From positions 17,980,001-18,044,000 of the forward strand of contig NC_043020.1 of NCBI RefSeq assembly GCF_006345805.1: 64,000 nucleotides of DNA. The letters are read 5' to 3'. A program made the translations under genes and the position numbers. Source of the stretch: Octopus sinensis. Taxonomy: Eukaryota. Shown here piece by piece: positions 49,151 through 62,010 of this stretch. The notes below the pieces were generated by a model. That model was given only the letters and a program-made list of their open reading frames with translations, had not been told where the DNA came from and searched no databases. How positions within the stretch are numbered: position 1 is the stretch's first letter; the number at the start of each line of letters is the position of its first letter.

Positions 49151-50397
49151 ATTGAATATCTTTATTGTGGAGTACAGCAAATGTGTGTCAGTTTTAGGAC
49201 AGGCACACCATGTCCCTTGCATGTCATAAGAAGCAAGTAAAAGATTTGACAACAGGAAGACCATCTGGTTGTAAAAGACAGCATCAGAAATACCGTCCAA
49301 CCAATACCAAAATGGTAAAGTAAATGTAAGACATTGATGAAGAGAAGATATCTTTAGTGTAGAACATACATCGGCACAGGCATGACTATGTGGTAAAAAG
49401 TTTGCTTTCCAACCACATGGTTCTGGGTTCAGTCGCACTGTGTGGCACCTTGGGAAAATGTCTTCTACTATGACTTTGCGCAACCAAAGCCTTGTGAGTG
49501 AATTTGGTAGATGGAAACTGAAAGAAGCCCATCGTGTGGATGAGCATGGCCTATGCCAGTTCCGCCCGACTGGCCCTCGTGCCAGTGGCACGTAAAAGCA
49601 CCCACTACACTCTCAGAGTGGTTGGCGTTAGGAAGGGCATCCAGTTGTAGAAACTCTGCCAGATCAGATTGGAGCCTGGTGCAGCCATCTGGTTCACCAG
49701 TCCTCAGTCAAATCGTCCAACCCATGCTAGCATGGAAAGCAGACGTTAAATGATGATGACGACGATGATATGTGTGTGTGTGTGTATGTGTGTGTGTGTG
49801 TGTGGTGTGTGTGTGTGTGTGTGTGTGTCTCTCTCTATATTTGTGATTGTCCCCCCCACACTGCTTGGCAACTGGTGTTGGTGTGTTTACATCCCTGTAA
49901 CTTACAAGTTTGGCAAAAAAAGACCAACAGAATAAGTACCAAGCTTAAAAAAAAAAGGACTGGAGTTGATCCATTCAAGTAAAAGTTCTTCAAGATGTTG
50001 CTCCAGCATGACCACTTTTAAGTAAGTAAAAGATAAAAAAGACAAAAAGACATGATTCTCTCATTTTAAAGACAGTCAGGGAGTTGGTATTTTGTATTTG
50101 CCATAATCTACAGATCAATTATGTTTCTCAAGTTTAAAAGGAACAGCAACATGGTGGAAACTAAAGAAATGGCAAGACTCAGGTTCTGCTGCTCACTGAA
50201 GTCGACTTTGTCTTTCATCCTTTGTTGGTTGATAAATATCAGCTTAGAGCAGTGGACTGGCAAAATTGGTCTTTGTCAGGAATGCTAAAATTGTAATTGC
50301 ATTGATTGATTGATTGTAAAACAGATCTTTTCTTACATTTATCTGGCAGTCAGAAAAAAAAAACAGGAATATAACATATAACACTATTAGTACTTAC

Positions 50398-50486
50398 TTC
50401 GTGACGTAGAATTTTCCAAAGATTAAGAACTATCCGGCCAGGCAGTTGGATGTCGAAATCCTCACGGAACTGAACAGCTTTTGTAT
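50398..50486 (-). CDS. REV3L: REV3L exon
   Basis: cctag|AT...GAA|gtaagt; TKAVQFREDFDIQLPGRIVLNLWKILRHE. Confidence 0.92.
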
Positions 50487-51163
50487 CTAGGAATGAGAGA
50501 GATCAAGACAATTTCTATAGAAGTCTGACAAGTGATGTGATACATAAATTACAGCAAGTAGGATTAACCAATTGGATATCAACATTCCTACGATTACCTT
50601 CAGTTCTATACAATTTTCCTATGTTTTCCTATGGCCTCGGGTCGACCAAAGCCTTGTGAGTGGATTTGGAAGACAGAAACTGAAAGAAGCCCGTTGTATA
50701 TATGTATGTGTGTGTTTATGTGTTTGTCCCCCCAATCGCTTGACAACCGACGCTGGTGTGTTTACGTCCATGTAACTTAGCAGTTCGGCAAAAGAGACCA
50801 ATAGAATAAGTACTAGGTTTACAAAGAATAAGTCTTGGGGTCGATTTGCTCGACTAAAGGCAGTGCTCCAGCATGGCCACAGTCAAATGACAGAAACAAG
50901 TAAAAGAGATGAAAATTACAACAACAGCAGCACCACCACCACCACCTACTACTACTACTACTACTACTTCTTCTTCAAGTAGTCACAACTGATATGTTGT
51001 GGCAGGGATCTTAGTCTCTTATTAACTTTGGCAGGCTCTCAATTTTGTGTTGTGTGACCTTCCTGCTCTATTATTGTGTGCAAATGATGAATAAACCAGA
51101 AAATTTATAATCGTAATAACAATATATCATTCCAGACATTTAAACATTGAAAAGAATAATTAC

Positions 51164-51279
51164 TTGGAATTCTGGAAATTTTGGTAGCCAGTTCTATATT
51201 AAGGAAAGCAGCCCTCTGTAGTAAGTAACCCCATGACAAGGTGGTGACTTCATAACCGATGAGCATATCAGGATCCCAA
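51164..51279 (-). CDS. REV3L: REV3L exon
   Basis: WDPDMLIGYEVTTLSWGYLLQRAAFLNIELATKISRIP; phase 2 to phase 1. Confidence 0.95.
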
Positions 51280-52255
51280 CTGCAATAATAAAAATAGTAA
51301 TAACAAGTTTGATTGAGGATCATTTTCATCTTATACCTACACACACACTTCTATGTAAATATCAAACAATGAGAATGAGTGCTTAACACTCCATTAGTGG
51401 ATAAAAATTCATTTGTGCATTAAGGCTACCATTGGTTTCATGCGGAGGAAGACCTCAACAATTATCAGGCCTATCACACAGAACATGAAACCAATGGTAG
51501 CCTTAATGCACAAATAAATTATATATGTGATAATAAGGTACATGGTGGAGAGAATCATGTAGGGGGAGGAGTGAAGGAAATAGCAGTGGGTCAAGTAGGA
51601 AAAGGTGATAAAGGGCAACATCAGGGAGATAATATGGAGTGTAAGGGAATGATATTGTGCAGTGTCAGAGTGATTAGTGCCATAGACAGAAGAGTGAAGG
51701 GATGCGAGTTAAAAGATGAGTTGTAGAGGATGGCTGAGGTAGCTACAGGGATGCACAGATAAATCATTAATAAGGACCTGAGCTCGATGTGACAGATTAA
51801 AGAAGCCTGGTGTACTGTATGCTACAATGGTGCCTTTATGACTTTTACTGGAAGTTAAGGGGTCAAGCCAAGCCAATGGATCGGCTATCTTAACATCCAG
51901 TTCCTCCACCATTGAATATATTGTAGCTATTTCACAAGCCAATGAGGAGCCTTAATGAGATTAATTAACATACTAGAAATAGCAGCCAAATCTCCCTCAG
52001 ATCACACCCAATTATCTTGAAAAAAGAGGAAGATACATTAGATAATTTGGTCTTAGATAAGTTAAAAACAGATGATATGTTTAATACTGGAATACCTATG
52101 ATCACAGGTTTGCTCAATCAGGATTGACCTGGGGTTAAACAACAACACAATCGATCATCTAATGATGATCATGGTCATTTCCCTGGTCATGAAATGTCAA
52201 AGGTCAAAAGGTCAAGATAGGAATATTTTGTTAAAGTTTAGTTATGGTTACAAAC

Positions 52256-52554
52256 CTTTTAACCAGACTTTCCATTTTATGCATCAGCTCAGTTTCATCT
52301 GTCACATGGATGATGTCAACCCCTTCAGGTAGAGCTGTAGTATGTAATGTACGACTGCGGTTTGAGCCTTTTGGAGCCCTCAAAGACAGGTGGTCACCAT
52401 CAACAACAATAACAACTGTCACCATATCACCGGGTTTGGAATCTTGCGAGAAAGCACAGAAAGCAGCTTGTATATCATCTGTCTGAGGATCTGGACATCT
52501 GTCTCCACGTGTCCTCATAAGTAATTCAAGACTCATCAAACAGATGTGTTGAAC
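52256..52554 (-). CDS. REV3L: REV3L exon (start of the inactive exonuclease-like domain)
   Basis: ctcag|GTT...AG|gtttgt; VQHICLMSLELLMRTRGDRCPDPQTDDIQAAF. Confidence 0.92.
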
Positions 52555-53274
52555 CTGAGGGGGAAAAAAATACAAAAAATATAATGATTTAACGAGACGA
52601 GGCGTATGGTATGGAAGTGGAAAAGAGTACTAACCTCTCTACTCCAGGTCTTCCTATAATTATAAATACAGTATATGTAAACTAGAACACAAATAGACCT
52701 GGTGTAGAGAGGGCATATCACAGATTGCAAAGGGCTACAAAAGGGCTCTGATGATCTAGCTGACGGACTGATTGACTGGGTAATTAATCAAACAATTGAT
52801 TAGTTAATTGGTTAAATGATTAAATAGTTGATGAATAATAATGGTTTTAAATTTTGGCACAAGGCCAGTGATTATAGGAGTGAGTAAGTTGATTTCATCA
52901 ATCCTAGTGCTCAACTGGTACTTATTTTATCAGCCCGGAAAGGATGAAGGGTAAAGTCAACCTCAAGTAACATAAAGAATCAGAAGAAATGCCACCAAGT
53001 ATTTTGTCCAACATGGTAACAATTCTGCCAGCTCACCACCTTTAAGTTGACTAACAATACTAAAAAGACATGAAATCAAACCAGAGTGGGTGTTCATTAC
53101 TGGCATAATGACCCTCCCAAAATACAACAAAATCTGTTTCAACATATGAGTATCTGGAATCTTGCAAACCAAATACAAAAATCTAAAATAAATACCAATC
53201 AGAAATAAGTACTGTGGTTGAGGAAATGAACTAAGCCCCACCCCCCACCCCATGACTCTTCTGCAGAGACTGAC

Positions 53275-53388
53275 CTTATGGGAGGATTTTGTATCTTGGT
53301 GTTGGATCTGGCTGACTTTGAAACCACAGCTATTCTTTGGCGTAGCAATATCAATTTGTGATGTAAGGGTGGAGTTTAATGACCATTG
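53275..53388 (-). CDS. REV3L: REV3L exon
   Basis: ttcag|CAA...AAG|gtcagt; SQIDIATPKNSCGFKVSQIQHQDTKSSHK, similar to SQIEGPSLNNTYGFKVS. Confidence 0.9.
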
Positions 53389-54287
53389 CTGAAATAAAAT
53401 CAGAACTTTCATTAAAATTAATTAAATCATTAAAAAACAAATTAAAAAAAAAACCCCAACCTAGACATGCCAGTTTTTCATTTAAATATTGATTTCAAAT
53501 CTTGACACAAGGCCAGCCATTTTGGGGGCCAGGGTAAGTTGCCATCCCATTCTGTAGCATCTCGGGCAAGTATATTCTACTATAGCCTTATGTGACCAAT
53601 GCTTAGTGACCGAAATTTGGGAGGTGGAAAACTGTACAGAAGCCACCTGTGCAAACACACACACACAACAGCCCTCACCCCATTTGTCTGATTACCATGT
53701 TGGCATTTGTTGAATGGGCCATCACAATCCAAGTAATTTCTTACTTGGAGCTAATGCTCTCACAAACCAGTGCTCATACTTGTCACTTTGGTTTGGTTAG
53801 ATGCATTTCCAATCACCAATCACAGTACAGTGTGTACTGGGTGCATTTTCTCATTGCAATAACATGAGAGGTTGAGAAGTCCTTGGTGAAACAAGACTAA
53901 AGGGACCTCACAACCCTCTGATTGTTTGCTATCCCCTTTACAGTGTGTGTGTATATTAACATAATTAATCTAGTGTACATCAAAAATCTAATTAGAAATA
54001 TTTATATGATGACAAAAAGATGACATTTTCTTATTGACTAATATTATTTTAACGATATTAGCAAGCAAGGGAGACAACTTCACTTATGCTTTGGTCTTAT
54101 CAGATCTCCTCAGCATAGAGTAGGCTCCACAATACTTAAAGTAGTGATGAAAGACTTAGAGATTTACAAATATATTGTATATAGGTAGTGTAAAACGATT
54201 TCTACTTCTTACTTTCATAGTTGAGTAACGAGCAAAAAAAAAATAATGATAAATAAATAAATTAGAAAAGTCAAAATTCTTCATTAC

Positions 54288-55448
54288 CTTCATTTGGTTA
54301 CTGATAGCCTTTCTCTTCAGCTTATGGGAAGAACTCAGAGTGTGGCCTTTTGTTGCTTTGGCAGGTAAGTTATCGCTACTTTTATTGGCAGACTCGGTTA
54401 ACTGAGGTTTGGAAACTGGAGTCGGACACGCCAGAGGACTAGAGACTGATATACGATGAACAGGTGTGCTATGGAACTGTGGGGCAATTCGTGTACTGGG
54501 GAGATTTTCAGGTAAAGCTACATTAAGTGTTTGCATATTTTCTGTTTCTGAAACACTTTTAGAACGGTCATCTTGCGAATTTGACTGGGCCAGATTTTTG
54601 TCCTGAGAGAGGTTTTTCACAGACGGGTCAGATCTTTCGGCCCACACTGGGCTCTTTGGTTCAACTAAGGTTTCTTCCAAATCTAATATTTCACTATCAG
54701 ATAATATGTCTTGCTTGGGGAGATCTTGGGGTTGGGCTGATGATGTTACCTCTGGGTCAATTTCTTGAGCGGGTTTATCACACATAAAACTCTCTGATCC
54801 AAAAAACGAATCATCAAAAGATGTTTCGTTCTTCTTCATGTTGTTAAGGTTACTGGAAATGGGTGAAACTGTCAGGGGAGAAGTGGACAGATGTTTTGGA
54901 GAACGACCAGTAAGCTTCTTGAAACATTCTTCACCACTTTTGCCTGTGGAACCAATATTTTTTGGTAGATTATCTTTCCCAGTTTTTAAATTAACTTTTA
55001 ATTGCTGAGTGGCTCGTTTGTTGTTCTGAGATGAAGATGATGAATATGATGATGAGGGTGATGAAAATGGTGATGGTGGTGGTTGAGATGAAGATGATGA
55101 TGATTGCGGTGATAACGATGATGGAGGTGGTGCTGGTTGTGATGATGATGATGATTGTGGTTGTTGGGATGACAATGACGATGATAATGGAGGTGGCGTA
55201 GGAGAGGGCGATGGTGGTACGAGGGAACTTTTGACCTGTTGGTATGACGGTGGGGGCAGACAGGGGACCCAGACTCGCTGGCCACTGCCAGGAAGATGGC
55301 AGGACACTTGAGGATCATTAACGATTTCATTAAGACTTTTCAGGTTAGTATTGATGGGAATTGTTTTGTTGTTGGCTGCCAAAACAAACCTCCATGTGTC
55401 CAGTGTATCGCTGTCCAAGGTGCTTGCAAAAGGGGTCAAGTCTTTTAT
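54288..55448 (-). CDS. REV3L: DNA polymerase zeta catalytic subunit, large low-complexity exon containing a REV7-binding-like motif
   Basis: ttccag|ATA...AAG|gtaatg, 387 open codons; contains RVWVPCLPPPSYQQV, resembling the REV3L REV7-binding motif (VIMPCKCAPSRQ). Confidence 0.85.
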
Positions 55449-55647
55449 CTGGAAAAATAAAACAACAGTAGAATGAGAAATTTAGTAGATGTTGGCTGTG
55501 TGATAAATAGCTTGCTTATGAACCACATGGTTCCAGGTTCAGTCCCACTGTGTGGCACCTTGGGCAAGTGTCTTCTACTATAGCCTCGGGCTGACCAAAG
55601 CCTTGAGAGTGGATTTGGTAGACAGTAACTGAAAGAAGGCCGTCGTA

Positions 55648-55680
<33 letters not shown>

Positions 55681-58059
55681 GCGTGTGTATGTGTGTGTTT
55701 ATGTTTGTGTGTCTGTGTTTGTCCCCACCATCATCACCTTGGATGATGAATGAATTTATGTAAAAATATCATCAAGATCATTATGATCATGATCCTCTTT
55801 GTCATTTAACATCTGTCTTCCATGCTATGTCTCCTATACAATAGGTTGTATAGTTTGACAGAATCCAATGAACTGGAGGACTGAGGTGAGCTCCAATGAC
55901 TGTTTTGGCATGGTTTATTCAGCCAGATGCCATTCCTAAAGCCAACCTCTTTACAGAGTGTATTGAGTACTTTTTTTCATAACACCAGTACAAGTGAAGT
56001 TGCCAAGTAGCTCACAAGACAAAGAAAAAGATCCTTGATTGAGTTTGGTTGAGTAGAGAGAGAGGTGACTTTATAACAGGTGCTGGAGGGGCTAAAACGT
56101 GATCAAGGGACAGACACAGATGTCTCGCTATAGAGGAAATGAATGGCTACTCTGCATTATGTAAGGATGCAAAGGGTAACTAGAGAGAAGAATCAACAAC
56201 TAACTGAATTGTAAACAAATATTTAAAATACAGAAAATAGGTTAAATGTTATACTGTAAATGTAGTAATATTTTAGAAGAAGGGTCATGTTAAAGCCTGT
56301 AAACACTACAGCTGCAGTTCACATTGAGAAGGTATGAGAGACATTTTGGGAATATAATATAAAATAACAGTTGGTTAGTGTGCTTATAGGGTTTAAACCT
56401 TCAGCATTTAAACCAGCCATAGATTGCCCATGTTCAGTCCACTGCAGGATGAAGGCTTCAGTATGTTCTCTCAAGCAACTATGGTCTAATGTGTAGGCTG
56501 TGAATTTGAGCTTGAAATCCAATTGGTTTGATGAGCTTACTCTGCTACCCTGACATGGCCTGGCAGAGGATGCAGTTTTTATACTCACATCCAGGAGTAG
56601 TTAAATTGATTACATTGACCCCCAGTGCCCAACTGGTATTTATTTCATCGATCCTGAAGGAATGAATGGCAGAACTGACCTCAGTGAAATTTGAATTCAG
56701 AATGTAAGGACGGATGAAATGTTGTTAAGCATTTCGCCTGGCATGCTGAGGATTCTGTTAACAATTCTGCCAGCGATATCCAACCCAAATATTCTACCTC
56801 TTTTGTGTTCAAACTGGTCAGATCTGGCCTCTCACACCTACCTACAATGTCATTCAAAAAATAAACTATCACATCATTAACATCTCAAAGCCACAAGCTA
56901 ATGACTGATTAATTAAAACCAAAGTGAATAAATAAGCATTACATTTGACAGAATAATCTGAATGCTAAACGGTTAATAATATAACCAAAATCTGTTTCAG
57001 ATGAAAATTCTTGCAAAAGAAAATTATATTGTAACTAGTAGGACCTGCAGAAATTCCATGGTGTAAGGTAGTAGATTTGAACATCTACTATTTCTTCTGC
57101 CGATATATGTATCAGTCAATCCTTATAATACTGAGAAGCATTTAACATTTTAGCAGATTACTCTGTCAAATGCTCGTTGTTCATCATCATTTAATGTCCA
57201 CTTTCCATGCTAGCATGGATTGGACGATTTGACTGAGGATTGGCGATCCAGATGGCTGCACCAGGCTCCAATCTTGATCTGGCAGAGTTTCTACAGCTGG
57301 ATGCCCTTCCTAATGTCAACCACTCCGAGAGTGTAGTGGGTGCTTGTATGTGCCAGTCAGGCAGTACTGACAACAACCTCGCTCGAATGTTTTTTCATGT
57401 GCCACCGGCACAAGTGCCAGTAAGCCGATGCTGGTAACGATCACGCTAGAATGATGCCTTTTATGTGCCACCAGCACAGAAGCTAGTTAGCTGCTCTGGC
57501 AACAATCACGCTTAGATGGTGCTCTTAGCACCCTACTAGCACGGGGCACAAGTGCCAGTAAGGCGACGTCAAATGCTATACTTATTTATTCATTTTGTTT
57601 TGAATTAATCTCATAGCTTTGAGATTTCAATGATGTGATTGTTTACTTTTAGAATGACATTGTAGGGTAGATGTGAAAGGCTGAATCTGGCCAGTTTAAA
57701 CAAAAAACAAATAGAATATTTGGGCTGAATATGGCTGATTTGAATGCTAATAACATGCGCACACACACACACAGAAGAGCCAGTGTCCCAGTATTTGGTC
57801 TAGAACACGTAAATGATAAAAATGTTACAACCACAGCTATTTGCTAACTAAGGCTGTTTCACTTTAACTTAAACCATCAACATATCTTTTAATGCATAAA
57901 TTTATAAATCTTCATGACACCGTTTCATTAAGCCTTTAATATTCAGATTACTCTCTCAAATGTAATGCTTCTTTATTCACGTTGTTTTGAATCAATCATG
58001 CATTATCTTTTTGTGTTGAGATTTCGATGATGTGATTGTTTATATTTAGTATGACATTG

Positions 58060-58481
58060 GGATCTTTTCGGTTTGAACGGCAGTTTTTAACATAATTTCT
58101 AGGTAACTAAAAAATTACAAACTTCGTATACTGGTAGAATGTGTTTATAAAACATCTTTTTCTCTTGGCTTTATTGAGATAAATCTATAGTTTGTAAGAT
58201 ATCTGTTGTTTTTTTTCTTCAATTTCTGCAATTTCAACCAATCACTGACGTCTACTGAGGTAAAAAAACATTCTGTGCCCTATGAGTATGTCCCTTGTTT
58301 AAGAAACACATTGGGTTTATTTACCTTTGTGAAGAAAAAAAGATACCCTTCCTCCCACTCCTAACTAACCCTAACCCTAAAACAGAATGAAATGCAATAG
58401 ATCGATACTAGGGTCATAATTATGGGTGACAATTTCATATGACACCGCTAGAAAAAACTGCCGTTCAAACCGAAAAGATCC
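58060..58481. mobile_element. TIR MITE with an 8-bp TSD, nested in a TTAA MITE
   Basis: 29-bp TIR GGATCTTTTCGGTTTGAACGGCAGTTTTT; TSD TGACATTG on both sides. Confidence 0.85.
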
Positions 58482-59024
58482 TGACATTGCAGGGTAGGTG
58501 TAAGAGGTTCAATATGGCCAGTCTGTACATAAAACAGGTTTAATATTTGGGCTGGATATGGCCGATTTAAATGCTTAAGGGTCAAACATTTGAGAGTGCT
58601 TGTGATTTAAACACACAAAGACAAATTAATATAGACCTTCTCCCTCTTTCTCTTGTGTTTTTTTCTTTCTATTTTCTCATTGATTTCATTACTTCTGTTC
58701 CTTTCTTTGTCTCTCCTTTTCCCCCTTTCTCTCCATATTTATATATAATTATATATTTTTTCTCCATTTGAGTTATTACCTCCCCTGGTATAACACCAGG
58801 CAAAAACAGCCAGACTATAGGAACAACGAGAATAATGTTATACAAGTTAGGTGCAGGCATAGCTGTGTGGTTAAGAAACTGACTATGTAATCATGGGTTC
58901 AGTCCCACTGTTTGGCACCTTGCACAAGTGTTTTCTAATATAGCTCCAGGCTGACCTAAGCCTTGTGAATGAATTTGTTAGACAGAAACTGAAGGAAACC
59001 TATTGTATGTATATATATGTATGA

Positions 59025-59625
59025 GCAAAACACCCCCGTCCAATAGACAGTGCTGATGTACTTGTGCGTACAAATGCACGTTCTCACGGCTTTATCGATC
59101 ACATTCTCACCTGCAATCGATTTTTGTAATTTTTTCAAGACTTACACACACCCTGATACCATCGGTAGCTACATATCATATTTGAGCACAATCGGATGGA
59201 GGATGCCTGAGATCCTAGAAGACACACACACACAGACAGGCAGAACGGATTTTATATAAGAGACAAGCAAAACACGCCCTGTCCAATGGACAATGCTGAG
59301 TTGTCAAATATTTAAACCAAATTTTCTCAAAACAACTTGTCCGACCATCTCATAGGCCTCCCCTTTGAGAAACACTGATTTAACCTAAATTTTGAGACAC
59401 CAGCAAAAGACAGATTTCAACTGATGTACTTGCACATACAAATGCTCGTTCCCATGGCTTTATCGATCGCATTCTCACCCGGAATTGACTTCTGTAATTT
59501 TTTCAAGACTTATATATGCTCTGATACTGTTGGTATCTACATATCAAATTTGAGCGCAATCAGATGGAGGATGCCTGAGATCCTAGAAAACACATATACA
59601 GACAGAACGGATTTTATATAATAGA
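59025..59625 (+). mobile_element. tandemly repeated Helitron/HINE-like units
   Basis: Two related ~230-bp units ending ...ACAGAACGGATTTTATATAA(T)AG, with a restarted 5' end at about 59265. Confidence 0.5.
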
Positions 59626-60135
59626 TATGTGTGTCTGTATATGTATGTATGTGTGTGTGTGTATGTATGTGAAGGTGCATAGCTTAGTGGTTAGGATGTT
59701 ACATTCAAGATTCCCAAACCAGGTGTTACATTGTGTTGTGTTCTTGAGCAAAGCACTTAATTTCACGTTGCTCTGCGACCATTTTCACATCTGACATGTG
59801 GCACCCCGTTGCACCTGTACAGGTAATGTCAATTTGATGGAGGGAGTGTGCTTATGTTTACACAAATATTTGATCGCTATGAACAAATCATACGTTGTCT
59901 AACGACAGGAGAGTCCATTATATATGTGTGTGTGTGTGTGTGTATGTGTATATATATATATATATATATAGGCGCAGGAGTGGCTGTGTGGTAAGTAGCT
60001 TGCTAACCAACCACATGGTTCCGAGTTCAGTCCCACTGCGTGGCATCTTGGGCAAGTGTCTTCTGCTATAGCCCCGGGCCAACCAATGCCTTGTGAGTGG
60101 ATTTGGTAGACGGAAACTGAAAGAAGCCTGTTGTA

Positions 60136-60167
<32 letters not shown>

Positions 60168-61549
60168 AGTGTGTGTGTATATGTTTGTGTGTCTGTGTTT
60201 GTCCCCCTAGCATTGCTTGACAACCGATGCTGGTGTGTTTACGTCCCCGTCACTTAGCGGTTCGGCAAAAGAGACCGATAGAATAAGTCCCGGGGTCGAT
60301 TTGCTTGACTAAAGGCGGTGCTCCAGCATGGCCGCAGTCAAATGAATGAAACAAGTAAAAGAGTAAAAGAGCAAGAGTATATATATATATAAATGAAAAA
60401 ATGTATAAACAAATGGCATAACATATATTGAATGTAAAAACAGATGGGAGACAAACAGAAGGTCTGTAATTCTTCATCAGTTATTGGGCAATTGGTAATA
60501 TTCAGTTTCACACCTTTAACGATAAGACTGAGTGTTTTCCATTTGATGGTGCCCACAAAAAAAGTTTTCTTGCAGAGAATTAGGGACAAGAGCACACAAA
60601 ACAAAACAAGCAAAACAACACAGAGGTCAGTGGACAAGGATGAACAATCGAACAAAATATGGCCTTGGGGCCAAAGAGACGAGATTATATATATATCGGT
60701 ATGTATATAATTAAGAGAAATAACCTCTATTAAGTAATTCAATTGATAGTGAAAGATATTATCTATATTATATTATATACATAATATCTTTCACTATCAA
60801 TTGACTTACTTAATAGAGGTTATTTCTCTTAATTATATACATATATTATATATTGTGAAATTTGATTTAGAATTGCTAAATTGAATTTTTCCCTGTAAGT
60901 TTAGAATTTTATATTCCCTACTATTATTAATAATTATATATATATATATCTATATATTTGTATATATAAAGGTATGTGTGAAGATGCCTGGTTCAGTGGT
61001 TAGGGCATCAGACTTGCAGTTGTGAGGTAGTGAGTTTGATTCCCAGAGTGGGCTGTGTGTTGTGTTCTTGAGCAAGAAACTTTATTTCATGTTGCTCCAG
61101 TTCATTCAACTGTAGAAATGAGTTGCAACATCATTAGTACCAAGCTGTATTGGCCTTTGCCTTTCTCTTGGATAACACCATTGCCATGGAGAAAGATGGC
61201 TGGTATGCATGGGCGACTGCTGGTCTTCCACAAATAACCTTGCTTGGATGAGTACCTTGGAGGGCAACTTTCTAGGTGTAATCCCTGGTCATACATGTGT
61301 GTGTCTTGTTCTGACATCATATGATGGCTGCAAATGACCTGCTTTATCATACAAATGATGTTGTTTGTTTCCAGTCTTCCATGGAAAACCTGTCAGGCTA
61401 TGGGAAATAACAACTTGCTCGGAAACAGATGAGGGTTAGTAACAGTGAAAAATCTGCCTCAACAAATTCCATCTGACTGACCCATTCAAGCATGAAAAAG
61501 AAGACATTAAATGATGATGATGATGAGGGTGATGATGATGATGTTATAG

Positions 61550-62010
61550 CTAGATTCACCAGAGCTGGCAGAAACGTTAGCATGCCGGGCAAAATGCTTC
61601 GCGGTATTTCGTCTGTCATTACATTCTGAGTTCAAATTCCTCCGAGGTCGACTTTGCCTTTCATCCTTTCGGGGTCGATTAAATAAGTGCCAGTTACACA
61701 CTGGGCTCGATGTAATCGACTTAATCCCTTTGTCTGTCCTTGTTTGTCCCTTCTACGTTTAGCCCCTTGTGGGCAATAAAGAAATAAGAAACATTAGCAC
61801 GCCGGGCGAAATGCTTAGCAGTATTTCGTCTGCCATTACGTTCTGAGTTCAAATTCTGCCGAGGTTGACTTTGCCTTTCATCCTTTTGGCGGTCAATAAA
61901 TTAAGTATTAGTTACACACTGGGGTCGATGTAATCGACTTAATCCATTTGTCTGTCCTTATTTGTCCCCTCTACATTTAGCCCCTTGTGAGTAATAAAGA
62001 AACAAGAAAA
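61550..62010 (+). mobile_element. head-to-tail pair of SINEs with a Meta/Sauria-type central domain
   Basis: GAGGTCGACTTTGCCTTTCATCCTTTCGGGGTCGAT..AAGTACCAG repeated twice; other copies at about 5010(-), 35370 and 44190-44580(-, also tandem). Confidence 0.65.

Noticed and set aside
54998-55330. Poly-His ORF
   Set aside because: Alternative frame of the trinucleotide repeat in the REV3L exon.
58365-58380. Telomeric (CCCTAA)n or telomerase RNA template
   Set aside because: Under three units, inside a MITE, with no TR structure recognised.
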